In this document: positions 38,636 to 47,475 of the stretch, one piece after another
Layout of the letters: each line of letters begins with the position of its first letter
Numbering within the stretch: the stretch's first letter is position 1
Assembly (NCBI GenBank): GCA_022827275.1
Contig: JAJDTG010000008.1
Span: 3,510 to 67,509, forward strand
Direction: 5' to 3'
Length of the DNA stretch: 64,000 bases
DNA from: Candidatus Dadabacteria bacterium
GTDB taxonomy: Bacteria; Desulfobacterota_D; UBA1144; Nemesobacterales; Nemesobacteraceae
Position numbers and translations under genes: made by a program
Notes under the pieces: model-generated
Databases searched by the model: none
Seen by the model: the letters and a program-made list of their open reading frames with translations, nothing else
What the model was told of the DNA's origin: nothing

Positions 38636-39991
38636 ATGAGAAGGAAACTTGATTTCGAGAAGAAAAATTTCGCCGGGGCTCTTCAGATAGTAAGGACTCT
38701 CGGGGAAAAGGGGCACAAAGCCTTTTTCGTGGGCGGCTGCGTGCGAGACGCCCTGCTCGGCGTTGAGTGCGATGAGATCGATATAGCGACAAGCGCCACT
38801 CCTGAGCAGGTGCAGAAGGCGTTTGCTAGGACCGTGGCCGTGGGAGAGAGCTTCGGCGTGGTGCTCGTTATGGATGGGGACATGAAGTTTGAGGTTGCCA
38901 CTTTCAGGAGGGAGTCCGGGTACGGCGACGGAAGGCATCCTGAACGCGTCAATTACACCGAAAGTGCCGAAGAGGATGTTCTGAGGAGGGATTTCACGAT
39001 AAACGGAATGCTTTATGATCCCGCCTCCGCGGAGCTTTACGATCACGTCGGGGGACTTTCGGATCTTGAGCGAGGACTTGTGAGAACCATAGGAGATCCC
39101 GGCAGGAGGTTCGGCGAGGACAGGTTAAGAATGATGAGAGCCGTGCGCTTTGCGACATGTCTCGGTTTTGAGCTTGACGGGGCGGCGATCTCGGCTATTC
39201 GCGAAGAGGCTTCTCGGATATCAGTTGTAAGCGGGGAGAGAATAAGGGAGGAACTTGTCAAGATACTTACCCGCCGGAATCCCGGAGACGGGCTCAAGCT
39301 TCTCAGTTCCTGCGGCCTTCTGGAGCATTTTCTCCCGGAGGTGGAATGTATGCATGGGGTGCAGCAGCCTCCTCAGTTCCATCCCGAAGGCGATGTGTTT
39401 GAACACACTTGTCTTATAATGGATACGCTCTACGCCAATACCGATGGCAATTACTCCGAGGAACTTGCCGTTGCCGCGCTTCTCCACGACGTAGGCAAGC
39501 CTCCCACTTACAGGGAATCCGACAGGATAAGATTTGACGGACACGACAGAGTGGGAGCCGGAATGTCTGAGACTATCTGCCGGAGACTCAAATTCTCGAG
39601 AAAACAGATAAAGAGGATTTCCGAGCTCATCCTTGAGCATCTCAAGTTCAAGGATGTTTTCAACATGAGAAAAAGCACACTCAAGAGATTTCTTTCCCTT
39701 CCCTATTTTGAGGAGCATATGCAGATGCATCTTGCCGACTGCATGGCCAGTCACGGAAAAACCGATGCCTACGATTTTATCAGGGAAAAAATGGAAGAAT
39801 ACGGGCGGGAGGAAATAACGCCCCCGCCGCTTCTCGGCGGACGGGACCTTATAGTCCTTGGCTATTCTCCCGGCCCCGTTTTTTCGGAAATACTGGGACA
39901 GGTCGAGGAACTCCAGCTTGAAAACAGACTTTCCTCAAAGGAGGAAGCCATAGAGTTTGTCCTCAAAAATTATTCCGGCAACCGTGGTTAG
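38636..39991 (+). CDS. cca: CCA-adding tRNA nucleotidyltransferase with HD domain
   Basis: Pol-beta NTase head GGCVRDALLG...DIDIAT and a C-terminal HD motif (LLHDVGKP...H...D). Confidence 0.85.
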   Translation: MRRKLDFEKKNFAGALQIVRTLGEKGHKAFFVGGCVRDALLGVECDEIDIATSATPEQVQKAFARTVAVGESFGVVLVMDGDMKFEVATFRRESGYGDGRHPERVNYTESAEEDVLRRDFTINGMLYDPASAELYDHVGGLSDLERGLVRTIGDPGRRFGEDRLRMMRAVRFATCLGFELDGAAISAIREEASRISVVSGERIREELVKILTRRNPGDGLKLLSSCGLLEHFLPEVECMHGVQQPPQFHPEGDVFEHTCLIMDTLYANTDGNYSEELAVAALLHDVGKPPTYRESDRIRFDGHDRVGAGMSETICRRLKFSRKQIKRISELILEHLKFKDVFNMRKSTLKRFLSLPYFEEHMQMHLADCMASHGKTDAYDFIREKMEEYGREEITPPPLLGGRDLIVLGYSPGPVFSEILGQVEELQLENRLSSKEEAIEFVLKNYSGNRG

Positions 39992-40620
39992 TTGTGAACC
40001 GGTACCGTCTTTATAAATGGGAGCCGCCTTGCCGCTCATTTTTGCCTGATTATGAGCGTCAAAGCGTAGATGAAGTTTGTGCAATGGCAACAAATGCAGA
40101 ATCGACACTGACTCCCGTAATATTTATCCCGGTTTGATTCTGGATATTCACTCCCCCGCAGAACGCGGAATCGATATATGGTCAATGCGCCATTTCTGAC
40201 AAGATAGAGCATTCAGACATGGAAGTCATTCATCGTGAATGTGCGGGGTCCTGTTCTGGATTCACTCCTTCCGTACTGTGCGTGCACATTCGTACATGTT
40301 GCGGCTCGGCGGATTCAATCTGCTGACAGCAGGAAGTAAGACTTGAGTCTGACAACAAGAGTAGTATCTGGTGTGGCAGCAGAAAACACGGAAATCATGC
40401 TGATTCTCCACGGCCTGCGGGTACCGCCCGAGGTCTTTGATGATGCCCCAAGGCGGTGAGATTTTTTCTGCAATTGTCACACTTCTAATGAGCACGCGGA
40501 CATAGTAAGCGCGGTACCATCAGGCAAGACTTAAGTACGGTATTTGCAGAGTTAGAGTGTTGTGCTCTCTATATAAGATGCTGTTAATTCAGAGAATTTT
40601 CTGAAGAAAATCAAAAAAGC

Positions 40621-40646
40621 TTGACCCCCCCCCAGTTATGTATTCT
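40621..40646 (+). promoter_or_regulatory. candidate promoter with a C9 homopolymer abutting the -35 element (TTGACC, C-run, TATTCT)
   Basis: TTGACC at 40621..40626, which runs into 9 consecutive C at 40625..40633. TATTCT at 40641..40646. The current spacer of about 14 nt is sub-optimal. Confidence 0.35.
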
Positions 40647-40846
40647 TAGCAATGTTTTACAGGGTAAAAAGCCCAAGATTACCGTGTTAAAAGGGGACAG
40701 GCTTCGCTATTTAGCGTCTTATCCTGATTGATCAAGCAGAAATAGACTTGACTCTCCGGGAGGGAGGAAGTCTTTCGGATACGGGGAGAGGAGAAGAAAA
40801 GACGAGAATGAAATCAAATTTAGTCCTAGGGCTAAAGGAGGGGAAA

Positions 40847-42427
40847 ATGAGATATTTGCTTGCATTGCTGTTGATGATTGTGGTCGGATGGGATGCAGTT
40901 GCGCAGACACCTGTGCCACCTGAGGTTAGGTTTAAAGAGTCCGGACCAACAATGGTTACAGAAGGTGTTCATACTACTGTTGAGATATCTTTGGAACTCG
41001 TTGGCGGCGACACGAGAGCATTTCCTACTGACTTTACCGTGGAAATCCCAAGATCTACTGGCGACTACTGGCCATTCGTGGATGGCACCGGCGGAAGAGG
41101 TGCGGCATGGAATCTCGCGTTTCCAGCTGGTGAGATTGAAACAACATTATCTATTGAACTCAAGGCCGACGATCAGGTGGCAGAATCGTTAGGGGAAGAA
41201 TTTACTCTTACGATAATACTCGTAGCAGCGCAGGGAACTGATACTCCTGATCCTACCATAGACCCGCAGCGGAACACGCATACGATTGTGTGGATAGATG
41301 ATGATACCCTTGCGTTGCCGGCAGTGAGTTTTGAAACGGCCACTTCAGAGGCAGAAGAGGGTTCTGACCTTGTTGGGGGTGTTACGGCTGAGGAGAAGAA
41401 TATACATCTGACGCTCGACAAACCCGCAGAAAATGATCTTTTCGTTAATGTGGAGATTGAAAAAGCTGCCGGGACTACCCACTGGCCGTTCCTTTCTTTC
41501 GAGGATGAAGAAATGGGCGAGGCAGAGAGAACGGTATATTTTGAAGCCGGGGAGAGCAAAGCGACATTGGACCTAAGCTTTGCAGACGATAACGCACCTA
41601 GGCCGCCACAGATGTTTACTCTTAAAATAATTGAGGAGGATGGTGCCCCTCCTCCTTTCGAGCAATACCGGATTGGGACAATAAGTACAAACACGCTTAC
41701 AGTGAATGACGATGACAGTATTGTGCTTAATGTAACCCCTACCGAGACAGGCTTCAAAGTTCAACCAAACCGCGAGTCGGTAGAAGCTTATACAGTCAGA
41801 TGGGTAGCTGACGGTCCAGGCATAGCAGCGGGACAAACAATAAAGACTGATACGATTGACTGGCCAGAAGACGATTTAGAGCCAAAGACTGTACTATTTG
41901 ATTTTGACTGTGCCAACGGTGATGTGTTAATAACCATAAGGAATCCCGTAGTAACCAGTTCCGGTAATCCAGCATCTTATGTAATACCGCTAGATGGGAG
42001 TGTAGGCGGTCTGCCGACAGCAAACCTCTGCGGCGACACAGCGAGCAGCCATAGTCCTCCTTCTGGTGGCGGTACTCCCGGTGGCGGTACTCCTGGCGGC
42101 GGTACTCCCGGTGGCGGTACTCCTGGCGGCGGTACTCCTGGCGGCGGTACTCCCGGTGGCGGTACTCCTGGCGGCGGTACTCCTGGCGGCGGTACTCCTG
42201 GCGGCGGTACTCCTGGCGGCGGTACTCCTGGCGGCGACGATCCAATGGATCCCCCGGACTCAAGTGATGATCCAATGGATCCGGAGGTGGCCTCAGACTC
42301 AGATGGCGGATGCAGTCTGTCTGGAGGAAGTGATCTGAATCAGCTGGCGTCAAATGCCGTTGCGATGGGTTTAGTGCTGATGTTCGGCCTGTGTTTGTTG
42401 ATGCCGGGCTGGAGAAAAAGCAGTTAG
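40847..42427 (+). CDS. secreted Calx-beta-like repeat protein with a (GGTPG)n linker and a C-terminal sorting-signal-like tail
   Basis: Start set at MRYLLALLLMIVVGWDAVAQT, a signal peptide preceded by AGGAGG. Three Calx-beta-like modules. An 11-copy GGTPG repeat. C-terminus DGGCSLSGG plus hydrophobic helix plus WRKSS. Confidence 0.6.
   Translation: MRYLLALLLMIVVGWDAVAQTPVPPEVRFKESGPTMVTEGVHTTVEISLELVGGDTRAFPTDFTVEIPRSTGDYWPFVDGTGGRGAAWNLAFPAGEIETTLSIELKADDQVAESLGEEFTLTIILVAAQGTDTPDPTIDPQRNTHTIVWIDDDTLALPAVSFETATSEAEEGSDLVGGVTAEEKNIHLTLDKPAENDLFVNVEIEKAAGTTHWPFLSFEDEEMGEAERTVYFEAGESKATLDLSFADDNAPRPPQMFTLKIIEEDGAPPPFEQYRIGTISTNTLTVNDDDSIVLNVTPTETGFKVQPNRESVEAYTVRWVADGPGIAAGQTIKTDTIDWPEDDLEPKTVLFDFDCANGDVLITIRNPVVTSSGNPASYVIPLDGSVGGLPTANLCGDTASSHSPPSGGGTPGGGTPGGGTPGGGTPGGGTPGGGTPGGGTPGGGTPGGGTPGGGTPGGGTPGGDDPMDPPDSSDDPMDPEVASDSDGGCSLSGGSDLNQLASNAVAMGLVLMFGLCLLMPGWRKSS
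42064..42237 (+). repeat. 15-bp in-frame tandem repeat (about 11.5 copies) encoding (GGTPG)n
   Basis: GGTGGCGGTACTCC(C/T) units with synonymous variation. Lies inside the Calx-beta-like gene. Confidence 0.85.
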
Positions 42428-42540
42428 GACACGGCAGTGTCTCAGTCCGACCCGAAACAATTGCGGTTTTTATATGCTGGCGATGTGATAGCTGCGGGGC
42501 GGATGCTTTGAGATAGTTCAGCATTCAGAATAATGCAAGC

Positions 42541-42580
42541 AAAAAAGGGGTGCCTTTTCGGAGGATGCCCCTTTTTTTAT
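42541..42580. terminator. bidirectional rho-independent terminator between convergent genes
   Basis: AAAAAAGGGGTGCC..GGATGCCCCTTTTTTT, a GC stem flanked by an A-run and a T-run. Sits between the Calx-beta-like gene (+) and hipA (-). Confidence 0.6.
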
Positions 42581-42711
42581 GTGTGCCGATTGATTTGAGA
42601 ATGTCTACTGCGTCAGTCAAATTGAGACTTGCTTGCATTATTGATGATTATTGCGGTCGGAGGAGATGCAGTAGCGCAGACACCCATAGGTTTTACTGAA
42701 TGAAGCTCGGT

Positions 42712-43932
42712 TTAACCGCCTTTGATGGCTGTGGCGTAGGTGGCTATATCCTTTGAACTCATGCCTAAGCGGCGAGCCGTGTCCTGCCAGTTTTCCAGGG
42801 CAGACATTATTTCATTGATTATTGCCTCGGCCTGTTTTTCCCTCAGAGCGAAAAAAGGTGCCGCCTCACGTGCCAGATCAATGTCGGCTTCGGGTCCCTG
42901 CTCCGAGATCCAGGTTGTGAGTTCCCGGGCTTTTTCCGAAAGCGGCACAGGGTTCAAGTCATAGGCGGGAGAAAGTCTCCATCTGCCGTTGCGATCATAA
43001 AGGAATCCGTGATTGCGCAGATGATCGTCGAGATTGCCGACAAGCACGTTGAAAACGATCCGTCGCCAGAGTTCGTGGAGGTCCTCCGTTGGCGAACTTG
43101 AATGCATGCGTATAATCTCCGCAATATCGGTGTAAGTTGCCGCGTCTCCGTCATTAAGTCCAAGAAGGCTCATGGCCGAGAGAAACGGAACACGTCGGCT
43201 CCCTATACGGTCAAACCGCCGGATGAGTGCCGCCGACCGGCCCGCAGCATCAAGTATCCTTGCGTCCGCTACCGTAATTCCCGCCCGGCGAGCTAGGGTC
43301 ATCGCCAGCACTTCTCCATGCGGTATGCTCCTTTCGTCATCGGGTTTTGGAAACTTGGCGATTACGAGAGAGCCGTCTCTTTCCTCTACAGCGGATTTCG
43401 GGCGCGCGCCTCCGAGCGGTGAGCCTTCATTCAGAAGCATTTTAAGGTCTTCAGCCGTTTCGGTATCTGTCTGCACTGCGTCGGCCGCATTTACAAGCGC
43501 CGGAAGCTGTATCAGGGGAGGCACGCGAAAATTCTCAACATGATGATCGAAAAAGTTTTCCCCCTCGCGTCTTAAGCGCAGCGCGCCGATGCGCGTATGG
43601 TCTGTGACCCCAAGCAGGTAGTCAATCTCCGAGGGAGTTCGCCTTTTTCCGGTTTTACTGAATGCGCGACTGATGAGCTGACGGCCCCACCGGTCGGGTG
43701 CTGAGTCGCGAAGCGCTCCGGGAAGAGCGGACTTGTCTGAAGAAGTGTAAAATGCCCCCTCGCGTAGCGGCAGGTTCTCGGGATCGATCGCAAAGGCGCT
43801 GGTATCGCGTAGCCACTCATCTGCGTATTCAAACACTGAACTTCGGCCGTGGCGCCTGCCGATATGGCGCAGTCGCCCTACCATGGTGGTTCCAACCGCC
43901 TTGTCAATATGGATTTCAATCGTGTCGGACAT
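42712..43932 (-). CDS. hipA: type II toxin HipA-family serine/threonine kinase
   Basis: 406 aa with HipA N-terminal and C-terminal kinase-like regions. Start overlaps the hipB stop (ATGA overlap). Confidence 0.85.
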   Translation of the reverse strand: MSDTIEIHIDKAVGTTMVGRLRHIGRRHGRSSVFEYADEWLRDTSAFAIDPENLPLREGAFYTSSDKSALPGALRDSAPDRWGRQLISRAFSKTGKRRTPSEIDYLLGVTDHTRIGALRLRREGENFFDHHVENFRVPPLIQLPALVNAADAVQTDTETAEDLKMLLNEGSPLGGARPKSAVEERDGSLVIAKFPKPDDERSIPHGEVLAMTLARRAGITVADARILDAAGRSAALIRRFDRIGSRRVPFLSAMSLLGLNDGDAATYTDIAEIIRMHSSSPTEDLHELWRRIVFNVLVGNLDDHLRNHGFLYDRNGRWRLSPAYDLNPVPLSEKARELTTWISEQGPEADIDLAREAAPFFALREKQAEAIINEIMSALENWQDTARRLGMSSKDIATYATAIKGG

Positions 43933-44270
43933 CAGCGTACTCTTTTGCCCATGCGGCGAACGGGCATAATTTTTCTGGGAAGACGATCCTCCTCAAGATC
44001 AAGCCCCAAGGTATCATTGACTCGGTCGGCGACTTCAGCCAGACCTTCTGCGAGACCAAGGATGGCCAGAACGGTCGCGTAGATTCCCATCGAGACCGTG
44101 GGGTCACCCCTTTCAACCTTGTAAAGCGTGGCGCGGCTGATAAAAGCGCGTTCTGCCATCGAAACCGTCGAGATGCGACGTTTTTTGCGTGCGACGGCTA
44201 TATCCGCGCCGAGCTTGACTAAAGACCGCCGGGCTGCGCGGGGAAGGGTTTTAGGTGCTTGTGATCTCAT
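43932..44270 (-). CDS. hipB: HipB-like XRE-family HTH antitoxin
   Basis: 112-aa HTH (ISTVSMAERAFISRATLYKVERG) immediately upstream of, and overlapping, hipA. Confidence 0.65.
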   Translation of the reverse strand: MRSQAPKTLPRAARRSLVKLGADIAVARKKRRISTVSMAERAFISRATLYKVERGDPTVSMGIYATVLAILGLAEGLAEVADRVNDTLGLDLEEDRLPRKIMPVRRMGKRVR

Positions 44271-44551
44271 GATTTGTCTTATATAATTAACTTATAACGA
44301 TATTTTTGTTTATTATACAAGACATTAATCTGAAAATAAAGGAACGAATCCGCTGACAGGATTGTGAATACGGCTGGATATTTATTTTCAGGATGAGTAT
44401 TCCGGGTGGTTTGCGTGAGTAGCGAAGGTATGCAAAACCCGCAGGTAGCGGTTCCCAGCCCGCATCGGGTTGCGAATGGAACTGGGAGGAGGGCAACAAG
44501 AAACGGGGAACGACGTGCTGTTGCGCCATTCCCCGTTTTTATTGTTATTCG

Positions 44552-44878
44552 TCAGATTTTTCCCTGGAGCAGAAACGCTATCAGCAGAGCATAGATTACC
44601 AGAGACTCGATCAGCGCGAGACCGATAATCATAGGTGTCTGAATCTTTGCGGAAGCCCCCGGATTTCTGGCTATGCCGTCAACAGCTGAAGCCGTGGCGA
44701 GTCCCTGACCTACTCCCGCAACGCCTGCGGCTATCCCGATGCCCACTCCGGCACCGATTCCAAGCCCCATCTTCGCCAGTTCTCCTAAGCCTCCCTCAGT
44801 TGCTGCAAACGCGTCAGGAACGAAAGCACCGAACGAAGCCAGCACCGCAAGACCTATAAAAGAAAATAACCTTTTCAT
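44552..44878 (-). CDS. atpE: F0F1 ATP synthase subunit c
   Basis: Glycine-rich helix [16 protein letters not shown] and conserved acidic helix 2 ([14 protein letters not shown]). N-terminal extension with a signal-like segment. Confidence 0.9.
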   Translation of the reverse strand: MKRLFSFIGLAVLASFGAFVPDAFAATEGGLGELAKMGLGIGAGVGIGIAAGVAGVGQGLATASAVDGIARNPGASAKIQTPMIIGLALIESLVIYALLIAFLLQGKI

Positions 44879-44899
44879 TTCTTACCTCCTAAATTTATG

Positions 44900-45589
44900 T
44901 CAGTGTTCATGCGCTTCGGCAAGCGCGATATATATGGTCGAAAGTATAGTGAATATAAAAGCCTGCAGAAAAGATACGAAAATACCGAGACCCACGAAAG
45001 CCATGGGAATCAGTATATGCGTGAGGTTGGTAAACACCCCGAGCACCATGTGATCGCCTGTTATGTTCATGAAAAGCCTGAGGGACAGCGACAGAGGCCG
45101 TACCAGATGGCTTATAATCTCGATAATCAGCATAAGCGGTGCGAGGAAAATTACCGGGCCCAGAAAATGCTTGACGTAGCTGAGCCCGTGCTCCCTTATT
45201 CCGTAGTAGTTGTACATGACGAATATGAGAAGCGAGCACGCTACTGTGGTGTTCAGATTTCCGGTCGGCGGAAGAAAACCCGGGACCATTCCCAGCAGGT
45301 TCGCAAACAGTATGAAGAAAAACGATCCGGCTAGAAGCGGGAAGTACTTCTTCGCTTTTTCGCGGGACCCGAAAACGTTTTCAATAGTGTTGAAAAGGAA
45401 TTCAAGCCCCAGGAGTTCGAAGAAAATGTTCATCGACGGTTTCTCTTCGGGGATTACGGACTCTTCTCTTGAGTAATGCTTTGTTACCCTGAGGCCAACA
45501 AACAGTATGAACAGAAGTACCAGCACTCCGCCCAGAATATGGTCGTATTTTATGAGACCGGCGAGGGAAAACCAGCTGAAATGTTCCAT
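44900..45589 (-). CDS. atpB: F0F1 ATP synthase subunit a
   Basis: Conserved helix-4 arginine region LSLSLRLFMNITGDH. 229 aa and multi-TM. Confidence 0.9.
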   Translation of the reverse strand: MEHFSWFSLAGLIKYDHILGGVLVLLFILFVGLRVTKHYSREESVIPEEKPSMNIFFELLGLEFLFNTIENVFGSREKAKKYFPLLAGSFFFILFANLLGMVPGFLPPTGNLNTTVACSLLIFVMYNYYGIREHGLSYVKHFLGPVIFLAPLMLIIEIISHLVRPLSLSLRLFMNITGDHMVLGVFTNLTHILIPMAFVGLGIFVSFLQAFIFTILSTIYIALAEAHEH

Positions 45590-45591
45590 GT

Positions 45592-45933
45592 CTAACCCTT
45601 CAAACCTTTACCTATTATTACTATCACCACGGAAGTTAAGCCTATCATTAAACCATATATATTCAGTTTTGCAAATACGAGCAAAACCGCTATTATCCCG
45701 AGCAGCGCGAGCATCTTTATGACCAGTATGAACATGGAAAATGTAAGCGAATACCTTTTCTCCGCAAGCGCCTTTACGACGAATCTTATGGCCACGTAAT
45801 CCAGCAGAAAAAGGATCCCAGCGACCGCTATGGCAACCGCAATTTCCCTTTGTCCGATGGCGATATTCACGACGAAAAGAAGCGCCGTTACGGCCAGAGA
45901 CAGTTTCTCAACACCGAGATTAAGATTTTTCAT
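45592..45933 (-). CDS. atpI: ATP synthase protein I-like small membrane protein
   Basis: 113-aa hydrophobic protein directly upstream of atpB. Confidence 0.55.
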   Translation of the reverse strand: MKNLNLGVEKLSLAVTALLFVVNIAIGQREIAVAIAVAGILFLLDYVAIRFVVKALAEKRYSLTFSMFILVIKMLALLGIIAVLLVFAKLNIYGLMIGLTSVVIVIIGKGLKG

Positions 45934-46148
45934 CGTTTCCGTTTTTTCTCTGCTGTCTCAGTTTAAGTGTCCGTAAAAGTAGGGTCAGCCCCGCTATCAC
46001 TCCGCACACAAGACCTAGCAGGGTAAAGAAAGGGAAAGCGGTGTCAAGTTTTCCGTCGATGTAGTCCCCAAGGAAGAGCCCCGCTATGACGGAGAAAGCA
46101 AACTCAATTCCGATTACAATGAAAAAAAGCCAGTTAGGATTTCTAATT

Positions 46149-47441
46149 TCACTCTCCCTGGGAGATTTCCCGAAGCGACGCGTAGACTGCCTGAAGAGTC
46201 TGGTCTACCTGCTTTTTCGTGTGCGCGGTCGAAACGAACACGCTCTCGAACTGAGACGGCGGGAACATGACTCCGTTTTGAAGAAGACTTCTGAAGAATC
46301 TCGCGTATTTTGCGGTATCGCATCCAAGCGCTCCTGTGTAGTCTGTTACCCTCTGGTCGGTGAAAAACACGGTGAACATGGAGCCAACAGAGTTTACGGT
46401 GGCGACAATGCCAAGCTCTGCTATTATCTCTTTTATTCCAGATACAAGAGAGGCGGTCAGGCTCTCAAGGCGTCTGTAGGTTCTCGGGTTAAGTTTTTTT
46501 ACTGTCGCAATCCCCGCCGCCATGGCGAGCGGATTTCCCGAGAGTGTGCCCGCCTGGTACATGGGCCCTTCGGGGGAAACCATATGCATTATTTCTGCGC
46601 TGGCCCCGTACGCCCCTACCGGGAGCCCTCCTCCTATTATTTTCCCGAGACAAGTTATGTCCGGGACTACGCCGAAGAGTTCCTGCGCGCCTCCCCTGGC
46701 GAGACGAAACCCTGTTATTACCTCGTCGAAGATGAGAACTGCTCCCTGTTTTTTGCATGCAGAGCGCAATTTCTTGAGGAAGCTCTTCTCCGGGGTCACC
46801 ACCCCCATGTTTCCCGCCACGGGTTCGATTATCACTCCGGCAATCTTTTTTGGGTACCTCTCGAAAAGCCTTTTGACGGAATCTATGTCGTTATACCGGG
46901 CAAGCAGCGTTCTGTTCACAAACGATTTCGGGACCCCGGCACTGCTTGGATTTCCGAAAGTCGTGGCTCCCGAACCGGATTTCACTAGCAGAAAATCCGA
47001 GTGTCCGTGGTAGCATCCCTCGAACTTGATTATGTACTCCCTTTCGGTGACGGCTCTTGCAAGCCTTATGGCGCTCATTGTAGCCTCGGTTCCGGAATTA
47101 GTGAGGCGGACCTTCTCGATCGAGGGGAAGTGCCTTGCTATCAGCGTGGCAAGATCCGTTTCCAGTTCGCAAGGGGCGCCGTAGCTAGTTCCTAGGGGAA
47201 GCCTCTCCCCGACGGCACTTACCACCGAGGGATGCGAGTGTCCTAGGATCAGCGGACCCCATGAGGCCACATAGTCAATAAACCTGTTCCCATCGGCGTC
47301 GTATACGCAGGAGCCTTCGGCCCTTGATACAAAAAGCGGCGAACCTCCAACGGCCGCAAAAGATCTCACGGGACTGTTTACCCCGCCCACAAGAACATTT
47401 CTCGCCCTGCGAAAAAGCTTCTCTGAATTGGCGGTTTTCAT
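46149..47441 (-). CDS. hemL: glutamate-1-semialdehyde 2,1-aminomutase
   Basis: 430 aa. The PLP lysine motif is in the FDEVITGFR region. GGVNSPVRSF N-terminal motif. Confidence 0.9.
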   Translation of the reverse strand: MKTANSEKLFRRARNVLVGGVNSPVRSFAAVGGSPLFVSRAEGSCVYDADGNRFIDYVASWGPLILGHSHPSVVSAVGERLPLGTSYGAPCELETDLATLIARHFPSIEKVRLTNSGTEATMSAIRLARAVTEREYIIKFEGCYHGHSDFLLVKSGSGATTFGNPSSAGVPKSFVNRTLLARYNDIDSVKRLFERYPKKIAGVIIEPVAGNMGVVTPEKSFLKKLRSACKKQGAVLIFDEVITGFRLARGGAQELFGVVPDITCLGKIIGGGLPVGAYGASAEIMHMVSPEGPMYQAGTLSGNPLAMAAGIATVKKLNPRTYRRLESLTASLVSGIKEIIAELGIVATVNSVGSMFTVFFTDQRVTDYTGALGCDTAKYARFFRSLLQNGVMFPPSQFESVFVSTAHTKKQVDQTLQAVYASLREISQGE

Positions 47442-47475
47442 AAAAACGGTTCAGTGCCGACCACGGGCGGAGATT

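Noticed and set aside
38549-39046. Upstream extension of the AMP-binding-like ORF to 39046
   Set aside because: The extension runs antisense through the 5' part of the well-supported cca gene. The homology to adenylate-forming enzymes begins at MENRNF.
42064-42237. Regular 15-bp repeat array considered as a possible CRISPR
   Set aside because: Units are contiguous with no spacers. They are in frame within a coding sequence and encode a Gly/Pro/Thr linker. There are no cas genes.
41796-42524. 242-aa minus-strand ORF with an (EYRRQ)n repeat
   Set aside because: Antisense reading of the (GGTPG)n 15-bp tandem repeat inside the Calx-beta-like gene. It is not an independent gene.
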